A DNA stretch of 64,000 nucleotides from Oscillospiraceae bacterium (GTDB taxonomy: Bacteria; Bacillota; Clostridia; Oscillospirales; UBA929), in assembly GCA_009777255.1 (NCBI GenBank), contig WRMG01000002.1, forward strand, positions 2,105 to 66,104, written 5' to 3'. Positions 40,085 to 48,587 of the stretch are shown here, piece after piece. Position 1 is the first letter of the stretch. Each line of letters starts with the position of its first letter. A model generated the notes under the pieces. That model was not told the origin of the DNA, did no database searches, and was given only the letters and a program-made list of their open reading frames with translations. Made by a program: the position numbers and the translations under genes.

Positions 40085-40113
40085 ATTATAAACCAACTCC
40101 GGCAAAAAAGCAA
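40085..40113 (-). promoter_or_regulatory. Putative promoter of the ABC-F gene
   Basis: Minus strand reads TTGCTT, a 17-nt spacer and TATAAT. Confidence 0.5.
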
Positions 40114-40132
40114 GAAATTTTTTATTTCCCTA

Positions 40133-40168
40133 TTGACAATAGCGCACTTGTCGTATATACTGTATATA
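40133..40168 (+). promoter_or_regulatory. Promoter plus probable operator of the GntR/ABC operon
   Basis: TTGACA, a 17-nt spacer and TATACT. The direct repeat GTATATA-N2-GTATATA (40153-40168) overlaps the -10. Confidence 0.6.
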
Positions 40169-40194
40169 GTGTTATTATCGAAAGGCGGCGAAAT

Positions 40195-40575
40195 ATGAAA
40201 ATTATCATCTCAAACCGCTCCGGCGTGCCGATTTACGAGCAGATTAAGGAGCAGGTAAAAGCGGCGATTTTCTCCGGCGAGCTGCGGGAGGACGACGTTC
40301 TGCCCTCAATCCGCCAGCTTGCGCGGGACCTGAAGATCAGCGTTATCACGACGACGCGGGCGTACAGTGATCTGGAGCTGGAGGGCTTTATAGCCAACGT
40401 GCAGGGCAAGGGCTGTTATGTTCTGCCGCGCAATAAGGAGCTGGCGCGTGAAAACGCCATGCACAGGATAGAGGACGGCCTGAGCGCCGCCATAGCAGCC
40501 GCGAAATCGGAGGATATTATCAAAGAAGAGGTCATTGAACGGTTAAACTTATTATGGGAGGCGGATTATGAGTAA
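40195..40575 (+). CDS. GntR family transcriptional regulator (YtrA-like, short)
   Basis: 126 aa with a winged HTH (LPSIRQLARDLKISVITTTRAYSDLE) and a short C-terminal helix pair. Confidence 0.85.
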   Translation: MKIIISNRSGVPIYEQIKEQVKAAIFSGELREDDVLPSIRQLARDLKISVITTTRAYSDLELEGFIANVQGKGCYVLPRNKELARENAMHRIEDGLSAAIAAAKSEDIIKEEVIERLNLLWEADYE

Positions 40576-41422
40576 CATTTTAGAGGTGCGCGGACTGCGC
40601 AAGAGCTACGGCGCGTTTACGTTAAACGACGTAACGTTCGACGTGCCTAATGGGTTTATCACGGGATTTATCGGGCCGAACGGCGCCGGCAAGACGACGA
40701 CGATAAAGCTCATGCTGAACATCATTAAGGCCGATTCAGGAAGCGCGAGGCTGTTCGGGCGCGAGGGCGGCCTTATACAGAACGAGGAGATCGGCGTTGT
40801 GCTGGATACGCCGATGTATGTCGATGATTGGACGGTCAGGGATGCCGAGAAAGCTGTTTCACCGTTTTACTCCAATTGGGACGGGCGGATGTTCGCTGAC
40901 TACCTGAAGCGGTTCGGGCTTGATCCCAAAAAGAAAGTCAAAGAGCTCTCGCGCGGCATGAAGGTAAAGCTGCAAATCGCCGCCGCGCTGTCCCATAACG
41001 CTAAGCTGCTGATACTCGACGAGCCGACCAGCGGGCTTGACCCCGTCGCCCGCGACGAGATCTGCGATCTGCTGCGGGGGTTTGTCACGGACGAGAGCAA
41101 GAGCGTGCTGTTCTCCACGCACATCACGGCGGACCTTGAAAAGACAGCCGATTACATCACGTTTATATTAAACGGGAGCATCGCGTTCACCGGCGCGAAG
41201 GACGATTTGCTCAAAAAATACGCCCGCGTCACGGGCGGGCCCGGGGAGTTGGACTCTGAGCTGAAAAAGCTCGTCATAGGCTGCCGCGAGTACGGCGCCG
41301 GCTTTGAGGGCATGGTTGAAGCCGCGAACGCGGACAGACTGCCAAAAGGCGTTCTGACCGAGGACATAAGCCTTGACGAAATCATCATCTTTATGAACAA
41401 GGGGGCAAAAATCAATGAGTAA
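40568..41422 (+). CDS. ABC transporter ATP-binding protein
   Basis: Walker A GPNGAGKTT, signature LSRGMKVK and Walker B LLILDEPTSGLD. Confidence 0.9.
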   Translation: MSNILEVRGLRKSYGAFTLNDVTFDVPNGFITGFIGPNGAGKTTTIKLMLNIIKADSGSARLFGREGGLIQNEEIGVVLDTPMYVDDWTVRDAEKAVSPFYSNWDGRMFADYLKRFGLDPKKKVKELSRGMKVKLQIAAALSHNAKLLILDEPTSGLDPVARDEICDLLRGFVTDESKSVLFSTHITADLEKTADYITFILNGSIAFTGAKDDLLKKYARVTGGPGELDSELKKLVIGCREYGAGFEGMVEAANADRLPKGVLTEDISLDEIIIFMNKGAKINE

Positions 41423-42086
41423 GCTGAGAGCGTTTGTAAAACTGGAATTTATTACCGTCAAGCCGTATTTCACGGCAAAGAATCTGTTGCTTTACGGTGT
41501 GATGGTAATATTTCTTACCGTGATGTCCGCCGACATTTCATCAGGGCTAAGCATAGGTATGATGCTGGCCACTATGTTTGTCGGATACCCTTTCGTGATA
41601 GGCGAGAAAAGCAATATGGACGCGATGTACACCACGCTGTCGGTCAATAAAGAAACAGTGGTGCTGGGGCGGTATATTTTCACGCTGCTGTTAAATATAT
41701 GCACTGTTCTTTTCGCTTTTGCCGTTTCCTTGATCAGCCTCTTGGCCGCCGCCGTCTTCGGCTACGGCTTTCAGCCCTCGGTGAACAGCGGCGCATTATT
41801 CCTCATGCCCGCGTTATTTATGGCTATGCAAGCCTTGCAGCTGCCGCTGTATTTCAAGCTGGGCTATTCCAAGGCGAAGTTTCTTAGCATTATCCCTTTC
41901 GCCGCGCTTATGGCGGGATATATTACATTCACCGGCTTTTTCGGCGGAATCTCGGGATTGGACGAAATGCTTAACAATATATTCGCGGACAGGTTTTCAT
42001 ACCTTATTGTCTGTGCGGCGTTCGCGGCAATCGTGCTTGTTTCTTACCGTTTGTCGCTTGTGTTTTATAAAAAGCGGGAGTTTTAA
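41415..42086 (+). CDS. ABC-2 type transporter permease
   Basis: Six predicted TM segments. It overlaps the ATPase gene by 8 nt. Confidence 0.6.
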   Translation: MSKLRAFVKLEFITVKPYFTAKNLLLYGVMVIFLTVMSADISSGLSIGMMLATMFVGYPFVIGEKSNMDAMYTTLSVNKETVVLGRYIFTLLLNICTVLFAFAVSLISLLAAAVFGYGFQPSVNSGALFLMPALFMAMQALQLPLYFKLGYSKAKFLSIIPFAALMAGYITFTGFFGGISGLDEMLNNIFADRFSYLIVCAAFAAIVLVSYRLSLVFYKKREF

Positions 42087-42089
42087 TCG

Positions 42090-42458
42090 CTAAATTCTAC
42101 GTATTTCCGCGCCGAAGGGTATAAACGCCAGCTTCGCCAGCTTAAAATGCTGAAGCCCGAACGGTATCCCGATAACCGTAACGCACAGCAGCAGCCCGAA
42201 TATCGCGTGCGCGACACACAGCTCGATCCCGCAGACCAGTATCCAAATGACATTGCCGACGGCGCCCATCAGCCCGAATCCGCCCGGCGTGATGTCGCGC
42301 CCGAACGGCCACAGCACAAATCCGGCAATCTTCAAGCACTGCATACCGAACGGTATGCCTATAACGGTGACGCATAAAATAAGGCCGATGCCCGCCCATA
42401 TGATTGCCGATATGATCCCTCCGAAGAACAGCCAGAGTATATTACCGATAATTTTCAT
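42090..42458 (-). CDS. YccF-domain membrane protein
   Basis: Two copies of the VTVIGIPFG(M/L)Q motif in a 122-aa membrane protein. Confidence 0.75.
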   Translation of the reverse strand: MKIIGNILWLFFGGIISAIIWAGIGLILCVTVIGIPFGMQCLKIAGFVLWPFGRDITPGGFGLMGAVGNVIWILVCGIELCVAHAIFGLLLCVTVIGIPFGLQHFKLAKLAFIPFGAEIRRI

Positions 42459-42459
42459 T

Positions 42460-44934
42460 TTATTTCCCCTCTTTCAATATCCGCTGCGCCGCGAGAACCA
42501 GAAACATATAATTCGAGGAACCGCCGCCGAGTACATATTCCGTCTGCTGCCACAGATAAGGGAACTCCAGCAGCTCGGGAAAGTCGGGGCGTATCAGGGC
42601 GGTGCCCGATATTACCCCTCCCGGGATATACGACCAGTCGGCGCGGTTCAGCCCGTATCCGGCGGTCGCCGACTTAGCGCCGACGCCCGACGCGAATGAT
42701 ACGTTGTTAGAACCCGGGTGACAGCCCAAAATAAAGTTAAGCGCGTCGAAAATCATTTCGGGCCCGAATATATCGGGATAGGCCCTGTGCAGAAAATAAT
42801 ACCTGACCCCGAATCTCTGTATATCCCAGCCCGCCCCCCATATGCGCGGGCGGTACGGCATCCCGTAAGGCGTTTCGGCGCCCAGCCGGTCAAGCCGCTC
42901 CTTCAATGCCGGCAACGCGCCGCGGACGGCGCCGGTGAAGCCGGCGGCGTCCACCGCTTTATCAGCGCGCGCGGCGACCCAGCCCAGTTCGTCTATATTT
43001 TCGATTATAAATCCGGTTTCCGACAGCAGAAAGTTCTTATACCCGCGCTCGCCGGTACTCAGCAGCAGCTCCGCCGCGGCGTGTATTTTTGCCGTTTTTG
43101 CCTGATCGCCGTCCGCGCGCGTCACCTCATAAAGTTCGCGGGCTATCTCTAATGCCTGAGCGCTCAGCGTATCGTTAAACCCTTTAAGCGCGCGGGAGGA
43201 GGCGGCCAAATGGGCGGCGGTCATCAGCTCGCGCGGCGGATTGTCCTCGGTGAATACCCAGCGGTCGTCGCCGCCGCCTTTGATGCCGTCCGTCATGGCG
43301 GCGCTGTCGCCGAGCAGCACATACTGCCGCAGATTGCCGCAGATAATACCTCTGTACAACCGTCCCAGCGCGCGGTACGCGCCCGCCACGGACAGCACCC
43401 CATGCTCTATCTGCTGCAAAATATCATTTTTGCCGTCGGGCTGGTGAATCTCGGTCACACGCCCGCGCTGGTCGATTGCCGTCGCGTCATAATAGACGTT
43501 AAAGGCTTCATATGCCATCGACAGGATATAGGCCTCACCGGCCTGCGATTCCACGCGCAGATCAAAGTCGCCGGCGTCGTGCCAGCCGCCGATGTTCAGG
43601 CCCGGGACGGCGTCGCCGGGTTTATACTTGGTCAGCGTGGACGGCCCCTGCGCGTACCCGTCGAAGTGGATATGGTTTACCGGCGCCATACGCGCGTCGT
43701 CGTCATGGCACAGGCCGTGCCACACCCTGTATTTTTCATTTACGCGCATATGGCACATCTGTACCGGCAGGAAATACTCCAGCACCGGCTGCCAGACGCC
43801 GCGGTCGTAAATGTCTGCGGCTATACGGAAGACGGACGACTCCGACGCGCCGTATTTTACTTTATACAGCCCCTCTTCCCTTATGCCCGTGAAGTCAAAT
43901 TTCAGGTAGTTATAGCGCAGGAACCGCCCCCATTCCAGCCCGCCGTCCGATAAAACCAGCTCCGCGCCGCTCTCGGTTATTTTATAAAGGGCCGGTTTTT
44001 CGCGCCTGTTATCCCGCCCGTCCAGCTCAATAACCGCCGTCTTTGGCTGGGCGGGATGGTAGCCTATCTGCGAGGTCTGAATGACGGGCACATAGAGCCA
44101 GTCCTCGGCGACATCCGGCGTAATGGTCCATTTAACAGCGCCCTCGGCCGCTCCGGCGGGTATCGCCTCGCTGACGACAAACCAGCCGTTGTTGTGATTC
44201 AGGCGCCCGTCATACAATTTAAGGCCGGCGCCCGCGGTTTCTATCGTAATCCTGTTGTACGGGTCGTCGGGCCGGATGGTTAAGCGTCTGCCGACGGCGT
44301 ACGGCTCCGCTATAATATCGTCGGCTGCGATAGGGCTGTACCCTTCGCCGAGCAAGCGGTCTTTATCGGCCTTCGCCTCCGGCAGGGCTAAATCCGCCGT
44401 ATGCGGATGATTGGGCGGCATTTGCAGAATGGGACCGTTGGGCTGTCGGGGGAAAATCCCCTGTTTCCCGTCCATGATCCAGGGCTTTCCGAACAGCGCG
44501 CCGGGGAACAGCTCCAGATTAAAGCACAGCTTGCCGATGTATTTCTCCGGCACGGGGCGGTCTAAGTCCACCGTCACGGCGACGGACGCGCCCTCGCCCT
44601 TGACGGCGACCGAATAATTAAACTCGAAGTCGGGGTATATCATCGGGTTAAAACCGCTCAGATGTCTTGCGGGATCGGGATAAGCCAGCGTGGTTTTTAT
44701 TGTGTTCTCCGCTTCGTCAACCTCCCGCCCGAGCTGCTTCGGCACCGGCTGCCACTGCCCGGGTGTCGGCTCAAAGCGTATATCACCGTTGGTGGCGGCG
44801 CGGTTTCCGTGCATGATGACGCACACGCCAGACTGGTGTCCTTCAGGGTAAAAGTCGCTGAAAGCCATAACGTCCACGCCCCCGTTTTGGAAATAGCCGG
44901 ACGGGGTCAGTTTGAATCCCTGTTTCTTTTTCAT
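42460..44934 (-). CDS. GH9-like glycoside hydrolase with Ig-like N-terminal module, no signal peptide
   Basis: The motif GGWHDAGDFDLRV compares to GH9 GGWYDAGDH. It has a CelD_N-like segment (IQTSQIGYHPAQPKTAVI) and a C-terminal QQTEY block. Confidence 0.6.
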   Translation of the reverse strand: MKKKQGFKLTPSGYFQNGGVDVMAFSDFYPEGHQSGVCVIMHGNRAATNGDIRFEPTPGQWQPVPKQLGREVDEAENTIKTTLAYPDPARHLSGFNPMIYPDFEFNYSVAVKGEGASVAVTVDLDRPVPEKYIGKLCFNLELFPGALFGKPWIMDGKQGIFPRQPNGPILQMPPNHPHTADLALPEAKADKDRLLGEGYSPIAADDIIAEPYAVGRRLTIRPDDPYNRITIETAGAGLKLYDGRLNHNNGWFVVSEAIPAGAAEGAVKWTITPDVAEDWLYVPVIQTSQIGYHPAQPKTAVIELDGRDNRREKPALYKITESGAELVLSDGGLEWGRFLRYNYLKFDFTGIREEGLYKVKYGASESSVFRIAADIYDRGVWQPVLEYFLPVQMCHMRVNEKYRVWHGLCHDDDARMAPVNHIHFDGYAQGPSTLTKYKPGDAVPGLNIGGWHDAGDFDLRVESQAGEAYILSMAYEAFNVYYDATAIDQRGRVTEIHQPDGKNDILQQIEHGVLSVAGAYRALGRLYRGIICGNLRQYVLLGDSAAMTDGIKGGGDDRWVFTEDNPPRELMTAAHLAASSRALKGFNDTLSAQALEIARELYEVTRADGDQAKTAKIHAAAELLLSTGERGYKNFLLSETGFIIENIDELGWVAARADKAVDAAGFTGAVRGALPALKERLDRLGAETPYGMPYRPRIWGAGWDIQRFGVRYYFLHRAYPDIFGPEMIFDALNFILGCHPGSNNVSFASGVGAKSATAGYGLNRADWSYIPGGVISGTALIRPDFPELLEFPYLWQQTEYVLGGGSSNYMFLVLAAQRILKEGK

Positions 44935-45019
44935 GTCGGCTCCTCTGCCTTTTCGGCGTTTTATTTCCCCGTCAGTATAGCACGATGGGAAATAATATGC
45001 AATACGCTAAAAATCACGC

Positions 45020-45048
45020 TTGACAAGCAGCCTGTTCCCAAGTATGCT
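45020..45048 (+). promoter_or_regulatory. Putative dtd promoter
   Basis: TTGACA, a 17-nt spacer and TATGCT, followed by an approximately 85-nt GC-rich leader. Confidence 0.45.
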
Positions 45049-45137
45049 GAGTACGCACCCCCCGGCGCTCAGCGCCGCCCCCTCCGCGGGGGAGATAAAG
45101 GGCGGGATCCGCCCGCCCGCTGACAGGAGGCATAACA

Positions 45138-45575
45138 ATGAAAATAGTGTTGCAAAGAGTGACCGGCGCTTCCGTCGAGGTTGACGGCCGGATTGTTAGC
45201 GGCATCGGCAGAGGCTATGTCGCCCTGCTGGGCATAGGACACGGCGACACAAAGGAAAAGGCCGCGAAAATGGCGGATAAAATAAAAAAGCTGCGCCTTT
45301 TCGCCGACGAAAACGGGAAAACAAATCTGTCCGCCGAGGATGTGCGCGGCGATATACTGGTGGTGTCGCAATTCACGCTTTACGCGGACTGCCGGAAAGG
45401 CAACAGGCCGGGTTTTACCGACGCCGCCGGTCCGGCGCTCGCGGAGGAGCTGTACGAGTATTTTGCGGAGGCGTGCCAAAGCGGTTTTAATAAGGTCGGG
45501 CGCGGAGTTTTCGGCGCGGAGATGAAGGTGTCGCTGGTAAACGACGGGCCGTTCACCGTTATTTTGGAGGATTAA
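45138..45575 (+). CDS. dtd: D-aminoacyl-tRNA deacylase
   Basis: MKIVLQRV... N-terminus, SQFTLYAD and GNRPGF motifs. Confidence 0.9.
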   Translation: MKIVLQRVTGASVEVDGRIVSGIGRGYVALLGIGHGDTKEKAAKMADKIKKLRLFADENGKTNLSAEDVRGDILVVSQFTLYADCRKGNRPGFTDAAGPALAEELYEYFAEACQSGFNKVGRGVFGAEMKVSLVNDGPFTVILED

Positions 45576-45581
45576 AGGTTT

Positions 45582-45785
45582 ATGAGCGGCGACGAAGGCA
45601 AAGTAAACTGCTTGCAGTGCGTGCATTTCGCGGTTTCCTGGGACCCTAAGCACCCCAGAATGTGCAAGCTGTTCGGTTTCAAAACGGCGCATATGCCCTC
45701 GGAGTCCGTATACAGGGATTCGGGGCGGCCCTGTCTGGGGTTTTCGCAAAAGCCGCAGCAAAAGTCGAGAACGTCCGATACGTGA
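45582..45785 (+). CDS. Small Cys-containing protein, unknown function
   Basis: 67 aa with CxxC plus two distal Cys. It lies 6 nt after dtd. Confidence 0.4.
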   Translation: MSGDEGKVNCLQCVHFAVSWDPKHPRMCKLFGFKTAHMPSESVYRDSGRPCLGFSQKPQQKSRTSDT

Positions 45786-45815
45786 TCTGTTAGAATAACC
45801 CCGGAGGACGTAAAA

Positions 45816-46721
45816 ATGGATTATATGGACAAGGTAAACGCGGTAAGCCGTATGCAAAAGCGTATCATATCGGACCTTGACGGCGTGACTCTCGACGGCC
45901 TGAGCGCCGCCGCAGGCTACAGCAAATCTCACGCCGCGCGGATGTTTAAGGAAGTCACGGGCAAAACGCCGTATGAGTACATCCGCGCCCTGCGGCTTAC
46001 CAGAGCCGCCGAGGGTCTGCGCGATTCCGGCGGAAAAATCATCGACGCGGCGCTGGACAGCGGCTTTGGCTCGCATGACGGCTTTACGCGGGCGTTCGCG
46101 CGGCAGTTCAATATCACCCCCCGGCGGTACAGCCGCGAAACGCCGCCCGTATGCTATTTTGTCCATTACCCCATCGAGTCCTACTATCATTTGAAAGACG
46201 GGGAAAAGTCAATGAAAAACGAAAAAGTATCGAGAACAGTGACTGTCACGGCGGTCGAACGCCCGGCGCGCAAGCTGATCCTGTTGCGCGCGAAAAAGAC
46301 TGCGGGCGGCGATTATTTCGCCTACTGCGAGGAGATGGGCTGCGAGTGGGAGGGGCTTCTTAACAGCATACCGGAAAAGTTTGCTCCGGCGGCCCTGCTG
46401 ACCCTGCCGCAAAACCTCGTGGCCCCCGGCACGTCCGACACGGCGGCGGGCGTGGAAGTCTCGGCGGATTACACCAAGCCCGTGCCTGACGGCTATGATG
46501 TTATCGGCCTGCCGCCCTGCGTCATGCTGTTCTTCAACGGCGCGCCTTATGAGAACGAGGAGGATTTCTGCGTCGCCATCGGCATCGTCGGGGAGGCGAT
46601 CGGGAACTACAATCCCGAACATTACGGCTGGCGGGCCGCGCCGGAGCTTGCGCCGCGTTTCAACTTCGGCTCTTCGGAGGCATTGGGCGCGAGAATGGCG
46701 ATACCGGTAAAAAAACTGTAG
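45816..46721 (+). CDS. AraC family regulator with GyrI-like effector domain
   Basis: HTH_AraC N-terminus (GYSKSHAARMFKEVTGKTPYEYIRALRL, GFGSHDGFTRAF) and a C-terminal GyrI-like region. Confidence 0.8.
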   Translation: MDYMDKVNAVSRMQKRIISDLDGVTLDGLSAAAGYSKSHAARMFKEVTGKTPYEYIRALRLTRAAEGLRDSGGKIIDAALDSGFGSHDGFTRAFARQFNITPRRYSRETPPVCYFVHYPIESYYHLKDGEKSMKNEKVSRTVTVTAVERPARKLILLRAKKTAGGDYFAYCEEMGCEWEGLLNSIPEKFAPAALLTLPQNLVAPGTSDTAAGVEVSADYTKPVPDGYDVIGLPPCVMLFFNGAPYENEEDFCVAIGIVGEAIGNYNPEHYGWRAAPELAPRFNFGSSEALGARMAIPVKKL

Positions 46722-46745
46722 AGCGCGGCGTCTATCAGCGCCGGC

Positions 46746-46774
46746 GGGCCGATGTATACATCGGCCCGTTTTTT
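46746..46774 (+). terminator. Intrinsic terminator
   Basis: Stem gggccgatg / catcggccc followed by gTTTTTT. Confidence 0.6.
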
Positions 46775-47597
46775 ACAGCGGTTGGCAGGCCGGGCAGAAA
46801 TATATGTTGCCGCCCAGATACGCCTCGCGTTTCAGGCCGCCGCCGCAGGCCAGACAGGGGTACGCCAGTGTTTTGCTTGACAGTATCGTGCGGTAGCCGC
46901 CCGGGTTGCCGTATAAATCCTTTTCGGTGTCGCGCCCGCCGTTATCCCGCATTGCCTTCAGCGTGGACTTGACACTGCCGAACAGAGCTTCAAGCTCTTT
47001 ATCCGTCAGCGTTTCAAGTTTCCGCTTGGGGTGTAAGCGGGCGTTCCATAGCGTGTCGTGCAGCACGCCGTTGCCAAAGCCCGGGATACGCTGCTCGGTG
47101 GCGAGAAAGGCTTTAACGCTTAATTTCTGTTTCACGCCCTTGCGCAGAGCGTCAAAATAATCCGCGTCAAAGGCGTCCGTATAGGGCGAAGGCTTTTCTT
47201 TCGCGGTATTATAGTGGTGATCGCCGCCGTAATCGCTTTCAAAAACAAGCATCCCGCCGTACATCTGAACCGAGCAGCTCACGGCCGTGCCGTCGTCAAA
47301 CTCCAGCAGGAGCTGGTGCTTGGCGGGACGTTTTTCCCCGGCTTCAAGATAGCGGGCGCGTATGCCGTCGCAAAACGAGATCCGCATGTTTTCCGCCCAT
47401 ATCTCGGGGCGGCCGCCGTAAGCCGCGGAGCCGGTGATTTTCTTTCCGGCCAGCTTCGCGTTGTATTCGGCCGGGTCGCCGCTGTACCACGCGAAAGAGT
47501 GGGGATGGACGCCTGCTGCGGCGGAGCTGATCGTTTTGCCGACCAGCGTTTTGCTGATATGTTCCGACATGACATAGGTTTCGGGCAGTTCGAGCAT
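46773..47597 (-). CDS. Fpg/Nei family DNA glycosylase-like protein
   Basis: N-terminus MLELPE, an H2TH block (GFGNGVLHDTLWNARLHP) and a C-terminal zinc finger CLACGG...CPACQ. Confidence 0.7.
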   Translation of the reverse strand: MLELPETYVMSEHISKTLVGKTISSAAAGVHPHSFAWYSGDPAEYNAKLAGKKITGSAAYGGRPEIWAENMRISFCDGIRARYLEAGEKRPAKHQLLLEFDDGTAVSCSVQMYGGMLVFESDYGGDHHYNTAKEKPSPYTDAFDADYFDALRKGVKQKLSVKAFLATEQRIPGFGNGVLHDTLWNARLHPKRKLETLTDKELEALFGSVKSTLKAMRDNGGRDTEKDLYGNPGGYRTILSSKTLAYPCLACGGGLKREAYLGGNIYFCPACQPL

Positions 47598-47730
47598 TAA
47601 AGCATACCTCTTTTCTTTTGTTATTGCGCTGTGTGTACATTATATCATATAATACCCGACAATACCTGACAGCTGTGTGTCATATTGAAAAAATTTTTGA
47701 CGCGGATGCCGCCGTTATTAAAAACATATA

Positions 47731-47759
47731 TTGACGCGCTTTCATATTGCGGGTATAAT
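47731..47759 (+). promoter_or_regulatory. Putative promoter of the glycosyltransferase pair
   Basis: TTGACG, a 17-nt spacer and TATAAT. Confidence 0.55.
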
Positions 47760-47789
47760 TGTCCGTAAGAGTAAAGGAGGCGGGTATAA

Positions 47790-48587
47790 TTGCCGATGAT
47801 TTTACAGGTATTGGTTTCAACTATGAACCAAACTGATTACAGTTTGGCTCAAAAAATGAATATAAAAGGCAAATGCCTTATTATAAATCAGGCCGGCGCT
47901 GACGTAACTGTGCCTGACACAAATCCTGATATCAAGCTGCTGACATTCAACGAGCGGGGTTTGAGCAAAAGCCGCAACAGGGCGCTTGAAAACGCCCGAT
48001 ACGATATATCGCTGATTGCCGACGACGATATAATATATAACGACAGCTATGAGAAAATTATCATAGAGCAGTTCAAAAAGAATCCAAGCACAGATATAAT
48101 AACATTTCAACTTTCGGGACTGAACGGCAAGCATAAAGAATATTCAAAAAAAGAAAAAAAGCTGGGCTTTATAACGGCAATGAAAGTCACTTCATTCGAA
48201 ATAGCGTTTAGGACAGGCAGTATTAAAAAAGCGGGAATCCGATTCAACGATATTTTAGGCGCGGGCGCCAAGTATAAAATGGGCGAGGAAAATGTCTTTT
48301 TGTTTGATTGCCTGAGAAAGGGTTTGCGTATAAAGTATGTCCCCATAGAAATAGGAAAGGTTTATTTAGGCGATTCTACATGGTTCGACGGTTATAACAG
48401 CGGTTACTTTTTTAGCCGCGGAGGTTCCTTTGCGGCAATGTCGAAAAGGTGGGCAATTTTATTGATCCTGCAATTTGCCGTCCGCAAATACTCCCTGTAT
48501 AAAAATGAAAGCGGCTTTTTTCCTGCTATAGCCGAAATGCTGAAAGGGAGAAAAACATTCTTAGAGGATATAGCAAACGGAGTTTGA
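47790..48587 (+). CDS. Family 2-like glycosyltransferase
   Basis: GT-A type N-terminus (VLVSTMNQ...) and a DDD motif (LIADDDIIY). TTG start 9 nt after GGAGG, with an alternative ATG at 47796. AT-rich relative to its flanks. Confidence 0.65.
   Translation: MPMILQVLVSTMNQTDYSLAQKMNIKGKCLIINQAGADVTVPDTNPDIKLLTFNERGLSKSRNRALENARYDISLIADDDIIYNDSYEKIIIEQFKKNPSTDIITFQLSGLNGKHKEYSKKEKKLGFITAMKVTSFEIAFRTGSIKKAGIRFNDILGAGAKYKMGEENVFLFDCLRKGLRIKYVPIEIGKVYLGDSTWFDGYNSGYFFSRGGSFAAMSKRWAILLILQFAVRKYSLYKNESGFFPAIAEMLKGRKTFLEDIANGV

Noticed and set aside
45069-46190. A 373-aa minus-strand ORF spanning dtd, the small Cys protein and the AraC gene start
   Set aside because: It is antisense to three plus-strand genes that have good RBSs and clear motifs. 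Its own translation is low-complexity and Arg-rich.
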